This document shows, one piece after another, positions 39,961 through 53,093 of a stretch of 64,000 nucleotides of DNA. Made by a program: the position numbers and the translations under genes. Numbering within the stretch: the stretch's first letter is position 1; the number at the start of each line of letters is the position of its first letter. The notes under the pieces are model-generated. The model was not told the DNA's origin, made no database searches, and was given only the letters and a program-made list of their open reading frames with translations. Origin of the DNA: Octopus vulgaris (Eukaryota); contig OX597834.1 of assembly GCA_951406725.2 (NCBI GenBank), forward strand, positions 42,470,001 through 42,534,000, in the 5' to 3' direction.

Positions 39961-40140
39961 TAGCATTGATAGTATATGTGGTTGTTCTGGTAGTGGTGGT
40001 GACGCTATGCGTTGTAGTATGTGTAGTGGTGGTGACAGTATACGTTGTAGTACAGGTAGTGGTGGTGACAGTATATGTTGCAGTATTTGTAGTGGTGGTG
40101 ACAGTATACGTGGTAATTCTGGTAGTGGCTGTGACAGTAT
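39960..40140. repeat. 33 bp minisatellite, ~5 units
   Basis: GTAGTGGTGGTGACAGTATACGTTGTAGTA.. starting at 39990, 40023, 40056, 40089 and 40122. Confidence 0.85.
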
Positions 40141-40225
40141 GGTCGATGTAATCAACTTAATCCGTTTGTCTGTCCTTGTTTGTCCCCTCTGTGTTTAGCC
40201 CCTTGTGGGCAATAAAGAAATAAGA
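40141..40225 (+). mobile_element. SINE family A, 3' third
   Basis: GGTCGATGTAATCAACTTAATCCGTTTGTC..GGGCAATAAAGAAATAAG. Confidence 0.85.
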
Positions 40226-40669
40226 AGTTAGCTTGCAGACTACATTGTTCCGGGTTCGATCCCACACCTTCGGGAGAGAGGGTGAAAGATGAAAAAGCGG
40301 AGGAGACGAGAGGGAAGAGAGAACAAGGCGGAAGTTGTTGAAGCTGGTGGTGATAACGACGACATGTTTGTCAAGAACGGTGTTGATGGTGATGACGATA
40401 ATGATGCCGATGATAATGATGACAATGATGACGTTGATGATGACAAAATGATGAATACGATGATGATATTGCGGATGATGATGACGATGTTGACAATGAT
40501 GTTGATGATAGTGATGATGACAATGATGATGATGATGACAATAACGATGATGACGATTATTGTAAGGACGAAATTATTGACCATATCGAAGATTTCGATG
40601 ACAAAGAAGAACGATAAGAAGATTGATAAAACTGAAACAGAATCTATGTCGTCCGAAATCTGGGTGGCA

Positions 40670-40825
40670 GAAGTAATACTTCTTGCAGTACTAGGCACAG
40701 CGGACATCCTACATAAAGGACTTTCAATACAGAGACAGTAAGAGCACCACAACAAACCACAGCACATCGCCAAAGCACACAGAGCAGTGAACACACGCGA
40801 TATAAATATAACTATTGTATAAAAA
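40670..40825 (+). mobile_element. 3' end of an R4/Dong-like LINE
   Basis: AVLGTADILHKGLSIQ resembles the A.LGTA.ILR..L terminal motif, followed by a short UTR. Confidence 0.5.
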
Positions 40826-41144
40826 AACAACTTTTCTATGGATTGTGTAATATATACATATACATTTATAATATATGTGTGTGTCTTAGTGTGTGTGTAG
40901 ATAGATTGATAGATTGGTAGATAGATAGGTAGGCAAATAGATATATATGTAGATGGATAGATAGATGTATATATTGGCATGTATAAAGGTTGTGTAAACT
41001 GGGAGTAAACGTTATTGATTATGCGCAACAATAGCGAAATTCGATTGGCATTCTTGCAAGACGCTGTCGAGATGATTTTTCGTCTCCCATTGATATATAT
41101 TGTTTTACTATGCTCATCATGTCTGTAAGAAATGTTTGTTAGCG

Positions 41145-41212
<68 letters not shown>

Positions 41213-41489
41213 ATAAGTGTGATATATACATAGCTATTTCATTTTAACACTACATTTCATTAGCGTTGAGCTACTTATGCACACACGAAAAAATATGCAC
41301 ACACACACACACACACACACATATATCCAAACATCTCACATTCTTCTAGATATACAGATGAAACATTTATCCAGAAAGGTGGCGAGACCGACGACGACAA
41401 CGACAGCAACGAGTTTACCGATGATGATGAGGATGATGATGATAATTGTAAGGACAAAATGGTTGTGATATAAGTATGTAATAATAATA

Positions 41490-41524
<35 letters not shown>

Positions 41525-41525
<1 letters not shown>

Positions 41526-41622
41526 GGAACAGTGAGCAAAATCCTTGAGAAGTACATGGAACAAATACTGGCTGCAGTAAGAGTGGAGCACTTGGAGAAA
41601 ACAGAACTGCTTGGAAACACGC
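41525..41622 (+). mobile_element. R4/Dong-like LINE C-terminal fragment next to (TAA)n
   Basis: GTVSKILEKYMEQILAAVRVEHLEKTELLGN. Confidence 0.55.
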
Positions 41623-41629
41623 GTAGCCT

Positions 41630-41840
41630 TAGCGTAGTTCTCAGGAAGAGTCAGCGAGACACAGAGTATGACAAGGCTGGCCCTTTGAAATACAGGTACA
41701 ATTCATTTTCGCCAGGTGAGTCGACTGGGGCAACGTGAAATAAAGTGGCTTACACAAGGACACAGAACACCGCCGGAAATCGAACACACGGCCTTACGAT
41801 CGTGGGCTGGATACCCTTACCACTAAGCCACGCGCCTCCT
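41630..41840 (-). mobile_element. tRNA-derived CORE-like SINE
   Basis: Minus: GGAGGCGCGTGGCTTAGTGGTAAGGG..GTTCGATTTCC..TGTGTCCTTGTGTAAGCCACTTTATTTCACGTTGCCCCAGTCGACTCA. Confidence 0.8.
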
Positions 41841-43672
41841 CTCATTGCCCTCTATTTTTGGACGAAATGAGATACGAAGCGGACAAAGGGAAAGAAAAGT
41901 TTATTCGAATTTTTTAATGTTGACACTCGACTTACATTTGTACGTGTGCGTACAGCTCTGTGTGTGTGTATGGGTATGTGTGTGTGTGTGTGTAAATGTG
42001 TGTGTGTATGTGTGTGTGTATATATGAGCGTGTGGGTTCGTGTGTATGCGTATGTGCTTACGTCTGTGTATGTGTGTGTATGTGTTGTGTGTGTGCGTGT
42101 CTGTGTGTGTGCGTGTGCGTGTGCGTATGTGAGTTTGTTTCTGTGAATGTGTATATGCGTGTGTGTATGTGAGTGTTTCTGTGAATGTGTATGTGCGTGT
42201 CTATGTGTGTGCGAGTGTGTACGTATTGTGTATATGAACGTAAGGCAATCTATTGCCCTATTCCTTTGCACGTTAAACATATTCTGTAATAGTGGTGCGT
42301 AATATGTATATTAAAACTAAAAGCTGTATGTAATTGTATAAGCGAATGCTTCAGTTTCTCCTTTGAATTCGTCATTCTGTTTATGTTAACGTATGTGGAA
42401 GAATGGAGTAAGAGTGTGTCTCTCTATTTTCCATCAAAATGTGTCCCACTCGGCAATCACGGATCTATATTAAGTATATTACTATTAATGGGCACACGTG
42501 CGCGTCTGCCAGGACACACGAATATACATACATATGCTTACACACATATACACACACAATTCTATACATAACCACACACATATATGTATACATATATGCA
42601 TACATATTTATAATATATGTATAATGTATATATATATAATATTTATATATAATCATATATATATATGTATATATATATATGTGTGTGTGTAACGTTTATG
42701 TATAATCATATTTATATACATATATATAGATATATGTGTTTCTATGTATACACACACACACACACATATATATATATGTGTGTATTTATAGCATCATACA
42801 CACGTATACGCTTAAAAATATATGTGTATGTCGCTCTGTGAGATATTGGAGAAGTGAATTAAAGAGAGTAGATGCTAGAGAGGTGGGCGAGGAAGGAATG
42901 GGTGCTATATCCTTGTATGGGAGAGGCGGGCGTAAGTTCGAATCTTTACAGCATGGTAGGTGGGTCAGAAGGAACAATACGTTTAATAGTGAACAGAATA
43001 AGTGGGAACTAGAATAAGCGCCCAAAAGTGAATGAGAGGGAGTGAGTGAAAGAGAGACATAGACAGACAGACAGAGGGGTGATAAAGTAAATGCTGCACC
43101 GTGTTTGTATGTATGCATATATATGTATGTATGTATGTATGTATCTATCTATGTATGTATTGTGTGAGGGGGGAGTGTGTGTGTGTGCGTGCGTTTGCAA
43201 GGAGGATATGAAAGAGCACTTGATAGAGAAAGAGGAGAAGACAATTGCGGCAGCTAAAAACAACTGCATCGACTGCGACAATACTTCAAAAACAATGAAA
43301 GATGTAAATTGTAACGATGAAAACTACACATGATATATATATATATTTAAAACTATAGATTCTGAAAGAGAAGATAACAGATTAGGGGAGAGAGAAAGAG
43401 AGAGGAAAGAGAGAGAGAGGTGGGGATTGAGAGAGAGAAAGAGAAGTGGGAGGGAAGCGGAGAGAGAATGAGAGAATCGGAGATGAATATAGAAAAGAAA
43501 TTAATAATGAAAGTGAAAGTAAAATATAGCAAATCAAAAAATCAAAAGTATAATTCGCATGGCTAGAATGACAATAGTAGAAAATAATAATAATAATAAT
43601 AATAGATAATAACAACAACAATAATAATAATAAATAACAACAACAATAATAATAATAAATAACAACAACAAT

Positions 43673-43707
<35 letters not shown>

Positions 43708-44185
43708 TAATAACAATAATGATAAAAACAATAGAAAGAAATATAATAATGTTGATGATTTCTTTTATTTAAACGATAATCATAACAATGATAAAATGAC
43801 GATAATAATGATGATGTTGATGATAATAATAATAATCATTGATGATTAAGTAGCGGGGGGGGGGGGGATATAAATATGATCGAGAATAAGAGAGATATTA
43901 TAGAGTTTGAAGTAAAACTCAATGGTGAAAATAAAGAGTAATTTTTCCTAAACCGTAAGATTTCAACTTGCGATTTGTTTTAAATTGCTTTCACTATTTA
44001 TCATCGTCGCTTAAAGAATTCCACGAAGAAAGCAAAAGACAAGCAATTGAAAATTTTCTGTTTTGACTGAACAATTTGCAGACTATCTTTCTATCTCGCA
44101 CACAAAAGATATAATCTTTATCATTGTTACATCAGGTTTGTTCGAATTGGCTTTTGTTTTTCGACATTTTCCCATCATCACTATC

Positions 44186-44236
<51 letters not shown>

Positions 44237-45479
44237 ATTTTTTTTGGGCTACGCATTCGTCTTTCTCTTTTATTAGAAAAGTTGGAATAAATTTCTTTCC
44301 TGATTTGTATGATTTGTGTTGTTGTTTCTGAAGTTTGGTGCTGCCGATATCAAAAGAGATTTTTCCCCCTTGATGATGAATATCTTTAGCTGTATGATTC
44401 TTCAGATTCATAAATGATACTTCCATGTAAATGGGAATGAAATATAGCAGATTATTGTTCACGGGAACACAAGGAAATTTAATAAAAACAAAACAAAACA
44501 AAGCAAGAATGATTCGACATTTATATCTATATACATATGTCTTTAGCTTACATATGTGTGTGTGTGTGTGTGTGTTTCCGTACGTGTGTGTATGTCTATG
44601 AATATATATGTATGTATATATACGTATACATATACGTATATATATGTGTGTATGTGTATATGTGTGTGAATATATAAATATACATATTAATTTATGTATA
44701 TATATATAATATATATATACAAATATAATATATATACAAGTTATGATATATATATATATATATATAATTATAATATATATACAAATTATAATATATATAT
44801 ATATATATATTCTCTTATTCAAATATATGTGTGTGTGTGTACAGCAACATATAGACGTACATAGACACACACACACACAAGTTAGCAAATATAGTATATA
44901 AGCATAAGTTGATATGTAATTAGAGGCAGGATTATTGAATCAGAGCGAGCGACAATAAGGCCAGATACGCACACACACGTACATTACAAACGCGCACATC
45001 TACACAGATACACATTCGTACATAAACAGACGCATATATGAAGCCATGAGACAATGTTTGAAGAACGTATGAGTGCAACTGCAGGCAAGTTAATCGAATT
45101 AATATTCACAGTATTTGCAGAATATTTGCCATACATGAATACTTACATGTATGCGTATTACGTGCGTTGCTTTGATAGTTATAACTGCGTGCGTATATGA
45201 GGAGAGTATTCAACCGTGATTTTGTGTATGCCTGTACATAGTTATGTATGTAAGCGCTTATGTGTGTGTGTATATATATATATGTATCTACCTATCGATA
45301 TAATTATATATAGATATAAATATAAGAATATATACATAAACAAACACACACACACTTAACCACTAAGAATTGTTCTCCAGAAAATTTTCTGGAGAACAAT
45401 CCTTTGTGGTTAAGACCATAGCAGATCTTCTTCTAGCATAAGGGTTTCCACATAGTGGTTAAAAAAATTCCCACTTATA

Positions 45480-45776
45480 TCTTTATATATAAAAGTGAAG
45501 TTGTGTGTCTGTCTCCTACGATTTAGATTCCTAACTACTCCCACATTTTGCGGTGCAGTGTAACCAAAAGCGGGTATCTTATAGTCGTGATTCATATCGA
45601 GCCCTTCTGGGTATTAGCGCACGTCTACGATGAGTCTGCGATTTAAAAAAGAATTTACCATCATTTTTCCCATTTTTAATGCATTTTTTTGCTATTATAT
45701 ATGGAAGTAACTCTCTAAAAATGCTTATATAGTTATTTCCCTTACAAATCCGAGCAACGCCGGGCGATACTGCTAG
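45480..45776 (+). mobile_element. Non-autonomous Helitron (297 bp)
   Basis: 5' TC(TTTATATATAAAA), 3' hairpin CCGAGCAACGCCGG, terminal CTAG, inserted between A and T. Confidence 0.85.
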
Positions 45777-45904
45777 TATATATATATAGGTTATATTTAA
45801 AATTGAAATTTAGATTGGAGACTTTAAAATATAATGTCCACACTTTGTTTTGGGTATGTCTCTAGTAGTGTGCCTTAATAACACGTTCTCAACTTAGCGC
45901 TATC

Positions 45905-46115
45905 AGGTGTGTGTATTTATTTGTGCCCTATCTGCGCTTGACAACCGATATTGTTGTGTTAACAACCCTGTAACTTAGGGGATAGGCAAAATAGACCGAT
46001 AGAATAAATACCAAGCTTTACATAAAAATAATAAAATACTGGGGTCAATAAGTGCGACCAAAATTCTTCTAGGCGATGCCCCAGCATGGTCGCAGTCTAA
46101 TGACTGAAACGAGTA
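45905..46115 (+). mobile_element. SINE family B, 3' half
   Basis: CGCTTGACAACCGA..GACCGATAGAATAA..CCAGCATGGTCGCAGTCTAATGACTGAAAC. Confidence 0.85.
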
Positions 46116-47714
46116 AAAAAAAAAACGAAACAGAAAAGAAGCCTGGACTCGAACTCACAACTTACTCGTAACCAGACATACGGTTTTCCGTCATCTGTTA
46201 TAGCTGGTGCTTATTTTCTTGGGAAACACATTCTGTAGGACAATGGACCTTAGCCAGGGAAAGATTGGTCGTGTACCTCACATTTTTAGAGCCTTCGTGA
46301 CTTGCGGGCGAAACGAGGACGCTGTTAAACGCTCTGAGGTTCCAGTCACGGTGATCTTAAAATGGATGGCAGATGAAATATAATCAAAGAGCAAAAACAG
46401 TCCGTATGATGGGGTTCTGTATCGTTTGTGCTTTTCGCAAAGCTTTGGTTAACCCAAAACAGTGACAAAAAGACATTTATCCGACATCCAATGTCATGCA
46501 GTGAGATCGAACGTGAAATCTCATTGTTCCAAAGCAAAATTCTTAAACAGAAAGACCAGCAGCATACGCTCACACATTCATTGCTTATCCGTTGCATGTG
46601 CCAACATTTTATGATGCTAAACGTCAAGAGGATTCGGCCAAGATCTTGCGGTAACTAAACTTGCAAAGTTTAACCTTTCCAAAAAGCTAGATTTTACTGC
46701 CGCAATATGTCTAAAGAATAGAATAAGTTGGCGAGAAAATTTCGCATTCATTTATTCATGATGCATATAAATGAATATATACAGGATGTCACAAATGTTT
46801 ATAAATCTCAAATTGATAAACACCATATTTTCGAAAACATTAGCGAACTTTGGCATTATAACTACAATTTTAAAGTCGACTCTTTATTTATTTTTGGAAT
46901 TGGCCTGGAATTATAATGCGAATCGATTCAATACAGCGAAAGAAGATATCCCAGTTTAACAGGGGAATATTCCCCATTGAACAAAGCAAAATGATCCTTA
47001 ACTCGACTGAAATCACACAGATATATCAAGGGATATGTAAATGCGCTGAATTTGATCGTATTCCAGTTGCTTCTCTGTCGACATTCTGTCTCGGCTTCAC
47101 TCGCAAACTGACATTACTGGACCAGGCAGCGTAGTGGGACAGTGTCAGTTGATTATCATAAAACAATATGATAGGAGTTTTGTCTTAAGACATACTGTGT
47201 AGATAATTCTAGAAAATTTCGAGCCATATTTCATCATTTTGTTTACGTACTTATAATTGTTGTTTTTACTAACGAACACAAATAGACATTAGTCACGTGT
47301 CAGAGAGAAAGATAAAGAGTGAGAATGACTCACTGATCGATATATCTCCAGACATCAAGATAGGTTATTCGAATACCTCATCTAGCCACCATCTTAGACT
47401 ATGAGCTCCATTACTCCATCACCAAACTTGCTACCTAACTAAGAAAAACAACAAAAAAAACACATTGTCACTGTTGTTGTTGGTGGTGGTGGTGATGTTG
47501 TTTAACCTTAAATCAGCGTTAATCGGACATACTTACAGAACATACAGCGTGTCAAGAATTTAAGAGCATTTAGTAATGTAATTAATGTCTTCGTTTTATT
47601 GGTAGTTGATGTTGTTTAACCCCACGTAAGCATGTTCAAGCACATCAACGATCAAATTTATTCTGGCCGCGACAATCCACTCTTCTTTGTATATAAATAT
47701 TATACGCAGCAATA

Positions 47715-47890
47715 AGGCGGTGAGGTGGCAGAATCGTTACTGCGCTGGACAGAATGCTTAGCGGCATTTCGTCCGTCTTTACGTTCTGAGTTCAAATTCC
47801 GTCGAGATCGGATATGCCTTTAATCTTTTCGGGTTAATTGAAGTAAGTCCCAATTAAAGACTCGGGACATTGTAATCGGCTTACACACTC
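47715..47890 (+). mobile_element. SINE family A variant
   Basis: GGCGGTGAGGTGGCAGAATCGTTA..GAGTTCAAATTCC. Confidence 0.8.
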
Positions 47891-48362
47891 TCCAATATTT
47901 TAAGCGGCAATGTCAGCAAATTTCTGGATTGCACAATTGTAGATAGCCAGCCGACTACGTCAGCATACAAACAGGTTTCCTGTTATCTACTCATGCACAT
48001 TTATAACTATGTAATTATAATTATATAAGTATTATTATTGTTATTATGTAATTCTTATTTCGTAATGAGTTAGAATGGTTTTGAAAATTTGACAACAAAT
48101 AACAATTTTGAGCAACATAAATTTGAGCTGGTATAAAATTTTACATGATGCTTGACAAATGTAATTGCTCCTGCAAAATGCTTTCCAAAGTTTTAGCCAA
48201 AACTAACATTTTTAGGTCGAATAAAGTTTTCTTTTTTTTAAATTTTGTTTTTACGTAGCACAAGTATCACAAGGCCAGTCGTTTGTCGGCTTAAGGTGAG
48301 AATTGAAAGCCTCAAGCCACTTGCAAGAAAATGGGAAGAAATATATTCACATATATATATGT

Positions 48363-48655
48363 GGAGGCACACTGGCCCAGTGGTTAGGGCAGCGGACTCG
48401 CGGTTTCGATTCCCAGACCGAGCGTTGTGTGTATTTACTGAGCGAAAACACCTAAAAGCTCCACGTGGCTCCGGCAGGGGATGGTGGCGACCCCTTTTGT
48501 ACTCTTTCGCCACTACTTTCTCTCACTCTCTTTTCCTGTTTCTTGAGTAACGCTGCGATGGACTGGCATCCCGTCCAGCTGGGGTTAACGCATACGCCAC
48601 AGAAACCGAGAAATCATGTCCATCAGCCTGGCTAGGCTTGAAAAGGGCGACGTTA
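48363..48655 (+). mobile_element. SINE family C, full length
   Basis: A box TGGCCCAGTGG, B box GTTTCGATTCC, tail with CTGCGATGGACTGGCATCCCGTCCAG..CAGAAACCG. Confidence 0.85.
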
Positions 48656-49027
48656 TATTATATATATATATATATAATACAGGCTTCGGCATATTTCCCT
48701 CAACTGGTTTTCTTTTCCTAGAGCTTTATTCAGCCTATGAAGGCTGTACTTGAAAGCATCTTTCCATAATGCCGTACAGCAGAGATGAACCTGCAATCAT
48801 GTATTTGTAAACCAAGTTGTTGTTGTTTTTTTTTCATAAATACAAAATCAAGTTGGCGCCATGTAATCACCATATAGCTAATGATGACTACAAAATAATT
48901 ACCGAGATTACAAGCTATGATTGTAAACACTCAACTTATTTAACATTTAGAGAAATAATTATTCATAAAAATTAATGTTGTTCATTAAACGACTATGTTC
49001 ATTAGAAAAGTAATGTATCAATCGATT

Positions 49028-49077
<50 letters not shown>

Positions 49078-49127
49078 ACGTATGTATATAATGTACATAC
49101 ACACGTACACACACACACATATGTATA

Positions 49128-49175
<48 letters not shown>

Positions 49176-49272
49176 TATATATATCACAAACACACACACA
49201 CACATATATATATACATACATAAGTAAAGTCATAAATAGAGGGCTTTACATATTTCTTAATTTATGAATCGT

Positions 49273-49392
49273 AGACTTACAGCTGTTTCTGAGGCACATT
49301 TTTGGTGCTTCGTGTTTTTGTTTATTCAGTTGGTCAATTGATTGTTTAAAGAAATTGGTAAAACTCAGGAAATTAAAGCATCGTCAGCGTCT
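49273..49392 (-). ncRNA. Type I hammerhead-like motif with long helix II region
   Basis: Minus: AGACG-CTGACGA-T..TGAG[..]CTCA-GAAA-CAGCTG-TA-AGTCT; palindromic ACAGCTGT helix III. Confidence 0.6.
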
Positions 49393-49769
49393 GCGGACAG
49401 AGGACATCTGTAAGTCTAAGATGCAGAAATATCGAAAAACGTGAAGCACAGGATTTATGCCTGCGAAAAATAGTTCATAATTACTGGGGAATGTAATCAT
49501 GGATTTTCAAAGTCGGCTGATGATGGACTTCTCATTCGGATATTACCTTGGGTTTATTTGGAGCTCTATATGAACCAGAAAATAGTTTGTTAGCCTGTTG
49601 TGTGTGTATTAACAGAGAGCTTGATAAGTGTTTGGCCCAAGCTGAAAATCCTTTATTAATAACTATATATTTGCTTCATAACATTCCTTTTTTAGTGGTA
49701 AGACCATAGGGGGACGACATCTAGCATAATGGATGTTCACTTAGTGGTCATCCCTCTTATATATATGTA

Positions 49770-49815
<46 letters not shown>

Positions 49816-49816
<1 letters not shown>

Positions 49817-49990
49817 GAGGTGCAATTGTCAGTGGTTAGGGCAGCTGACTTGCGTTCGTAGGATCGCGGTTTCGATTCCCAGACCGGGTGTTGTGAATGT
49901 TTATTGAATGAAAACAGCTAAAGCTTCACGAAGCTCTGGCAGGGGTGTGATGGCGAACCCTGCTCTACTCTTTCACCACAACTTTCTGAT
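49816..49990 (+). mobile_element. SINE family C, 3'-truncated
   Basis: Colinear with 48363-48525. Confidence 0.85.
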
Positions 49991-50029
49991 TGTAATATGT
50001 ATTTTATTATATTCATTTTATTTTAATAC

Positions 50030-50180
50030 ATTTGCTTAGCGGCGTTTCGTCCTTCTTTATATTCTGAGTTCAAATATCACCGAGGTTTCAATTGTTTTTT
50101 CCATTCTTTCGGGTTCTAAAAAAATAAGTACCAGCTGAGTATTGGGGTCGATGTGAACGACTTATTTCCAGCCGAAAATT
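50030..50180 (+). mobile_element. SINE family A fragment
   Basis: GCTTAGCGGCGTTTCGTC..GAGTTCAAAT..TAAGTACCAG..GGGGTCGATG. Confidence 0.7.
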
Positions 50181-50654
50181 GAAATCACTTGAAATCATTT
50201 ATGCTTCGAACATTTATGCTTTCTATGTATATCACACCTGTAAATCTTGACCTGAGTAATACGAGGTATTGCTGAATTGTTCCTGTCTTTCGGTCAAAGA
50301 AACCACAAGAGGATCAATTACGATTTTACTCCATTTATTCCCCTCTCAGATTCACACATTTATTGCAGTGGTCCTTCAGTTGTTCTAACCCCTGTAAAAG
50401 AACTCGAAAGATTGGGCCTTTAAATAGGCCTTACGCGATATCCTGAAAGTCAGGAACTTTTCAGCGCCCCTTCGTGGTACACGCTTGTGGGTGTTGTGAG
50501 CTTAAAAAAGACATTACGATAAATGACAATGGGGTGTTGTGTAGGAAGAGAAACACAAAGCAAGCAGACATGTAGTCAGAATTTCTCCTCAACACCTTGA
50601 TTTGGGGGTTCAGTCTGACAGCGGGGCAACTTGTGCAACTACTTGCTAGTAAAG

Positions 50655-50704
50655 CCTCTGGAGACCAAAACTTCGTGAGTGGGTTTGGTAGACGGAAGCT
50701 GAAA

Positions 50705-50748
<44 letters not shown>

Positions 50749-50962
50749 CTATATTATGTGTGTGTGTCTTTGCGTGTGTTTACATCATCGTAACTTAGCG
50801 GTTCGGCATCGTAACTAGCGATTCTAACTCATTGTAACTTAGCAGTTCTATAGAATTATAGAATAAATATCAAGCATAGAAAAAAATGTACTGAGCTAAA
50901 ATTTCAAGGTCTTGCTCCAGCATGACCGTGGTCTAATGACTGAAAAGGTAAAAGATAAAAGC
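50655..50962 (+). mobile_element. SINE family B, decayed
   Basis: GTGAGTGGGTTTGGTAGACGGAAGCTGAAAGAA..CTCCAGCATGACCG..TAATGACTGAAA. Confidence 0.75.
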
Positions 50963-51164
50963 TGGATGCTAGACTGTTTTATATCAATGAGCAGCAAAAG
51001 TGGCCAATGACGGAACACGATCCAGTATAACTTCACTATAAAGGCCCTGGCTTTCTTTAACATCTGCCATAAAAATTTAACATAGAAACCATTTGTCCAT
51101 ACAGATATGTAAAAGGTTGAAATGTATCGGATGGGATTAATGTAAGGCAATGTGAATATTCTTA

Positions 51165-51503
51165 CCGTATTTGATGGCCTATAAGACGCACGAGTGCATA
51201 AGATGCACCATAGATTAGGCTACACTTTTGTTAAATAAATTACCACTAAAATAATGTTTTAATTCCTCTACTTACATGTATTACTTTATGTTATTACAGG
51301 CAATTATAAGCAGTTTATTGTATCCACATTCGATATAAACATATCGTTGGTGATTGTTCACCAATAGATGGTAGCAAACATCTACGTGACCTCTGATGTA
51401 TAATTTCGGCCAGCAGTCGTGAGTTTTGAGCCTACATTGAATGCATTGAACGCAGGGGTTTTTTTAAAGCCATTTTGGGGGTAAAAAGAGGTGCGTCTTA
51501 CGG
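51165..51503. mobile_element. pogo/Tc2-like MITE
   Basis: TA-CCGTATTTGATGGCCTATAAGACGCAC ... GTGCGTCTTA-CGG-TA; right TIR internally deleted. Confidence 0.7.
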
Positions 51504-51851
51504 TATATCATACTAGTCTGGAAAATTACCGGCTGTTGGATTATTATAATCTGTAAGAAAAATTTCTTCTTCAAAACCTAGGAAGGATATTTTGTGAAGT
51601 GTTATTCGATGAAAAGAAGGGCTGAGCAATAAATGGTTGAAAATTGCTGCTCTATATATCATAAGATTTAACCGTTAGCTTTTATCGAGAATTTAATCTA
51701 CCAAGTCAGAAAATTCACACGAACATGATGTGTGTTGGTAGCGTGTGCAATTTATATAATTTATTATGACGATAGATATATATCTGGAATCATAATTTTT
51801 TCATTTATTTTAGCTATTCTTTATATAAATACATACATAAATACATACACA

Positions 51852-51915
<64 letters not shown>

Positions 51916-53093
51916 CGTATACATATATGCACACTCATACACAGCTACACACGTATGAATATGTATGTTTTATGTATGTTTGTATATATGTGTATACATA
52001 TGTATATATATGTGTGTGTGTAAGCATATTTATAAGTAGGCATGTACATTTATACATGCATACTCATGTATGTGTGTGTATATATATATGTGTGTGTGGT
52101 CTTGTGCGCAGTTTGTGTTTATATATGTAATATAATATAAACAGCGATGTCTAAGTACATTCGAAAACAGCATAAGGAGAAAAAAAAGTGGACAGGATCA
52201 AGCGCGCACATGTACACACTCACACACACAAATACATCAGTGTGTGCGCGTGTATATATGTATACGCACTGACATATACGCACACATGTACACTCACATT
52301 TAAATTATATTACTTAGAGAAATTTTTAGCTGCCGTCAAGGAGCTGTGGAAATAAAATATGTGCTATTAATAATAATTATAGTCTTAGAAAACGGTGGAA
52401 TCTGCTTAATAACTTACCAACGTGATTTATTTAAGTTTATGATTTTAAAGCTAATGTCAATTAACTATGCCAAGATATAAGTGTATCTGGAAATTAAATG
52501 CTGTTTAAATTTAATAAATGCCTCATAATTTCTTAATATGTCCGAGCTTCAGAGGCTTCGATGTCAAAAACTAAGGCTGTAGTACCTGGAATTAAATTCA
52601 TGTTTACAACACTTAAGTTTTTTATTAATGGTTTATTGCGAGTAAGAAAAAGCAATGGGTTTTACCTTTTAGCTTTTAATGGTTAACTTTCGCTAGTTTC
52701 AGTCATTGAACTGCGGCCATGGGGGTGCCTCTAGCTTCAGGGGTTTTAGCTGAATAAATCGATGCCAGTGTTTGTTTCTTAAGGGTGGTCGTTATTCTAT
52801 CGTTTATCTTTTGCCGAGCCGCACAGTTACGGGTGAGGTAAAGAAACCAACGCCGTCTGTCGATCGATGTGAAGTTACAAAGACTGAGGCGGTAAATAAA
52901 TAAATTAAATTAATTTATTTACAAAAGATTGCCGAAACTATGCATAGTCCAGAATGGAGAGGGTAAACGTTTTTATTTCTCTTTCCATTTCAGAATTACA
53001 ACTATTAGTGGTTTGGAGTTTGGCTGCATCTTTCGGATGTCCTATTATGGCCATCCCTTATATGTTTGAATGTATATATATATATATATTGTT

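Noticed and set aside
39960-40140. Regular 33 bp repeat as a CRISPR array or repeat-protein exon
   Set aside because: There are no unique spacers, the context is eukaryotic, and it derives from the surrounding (GTG/GTA)n.
48363-48420. SINE heads as functional tRNA genes
   Set aside because: A and B boxes only, with no complete cloverleaf, and they continue into SINE bodies.
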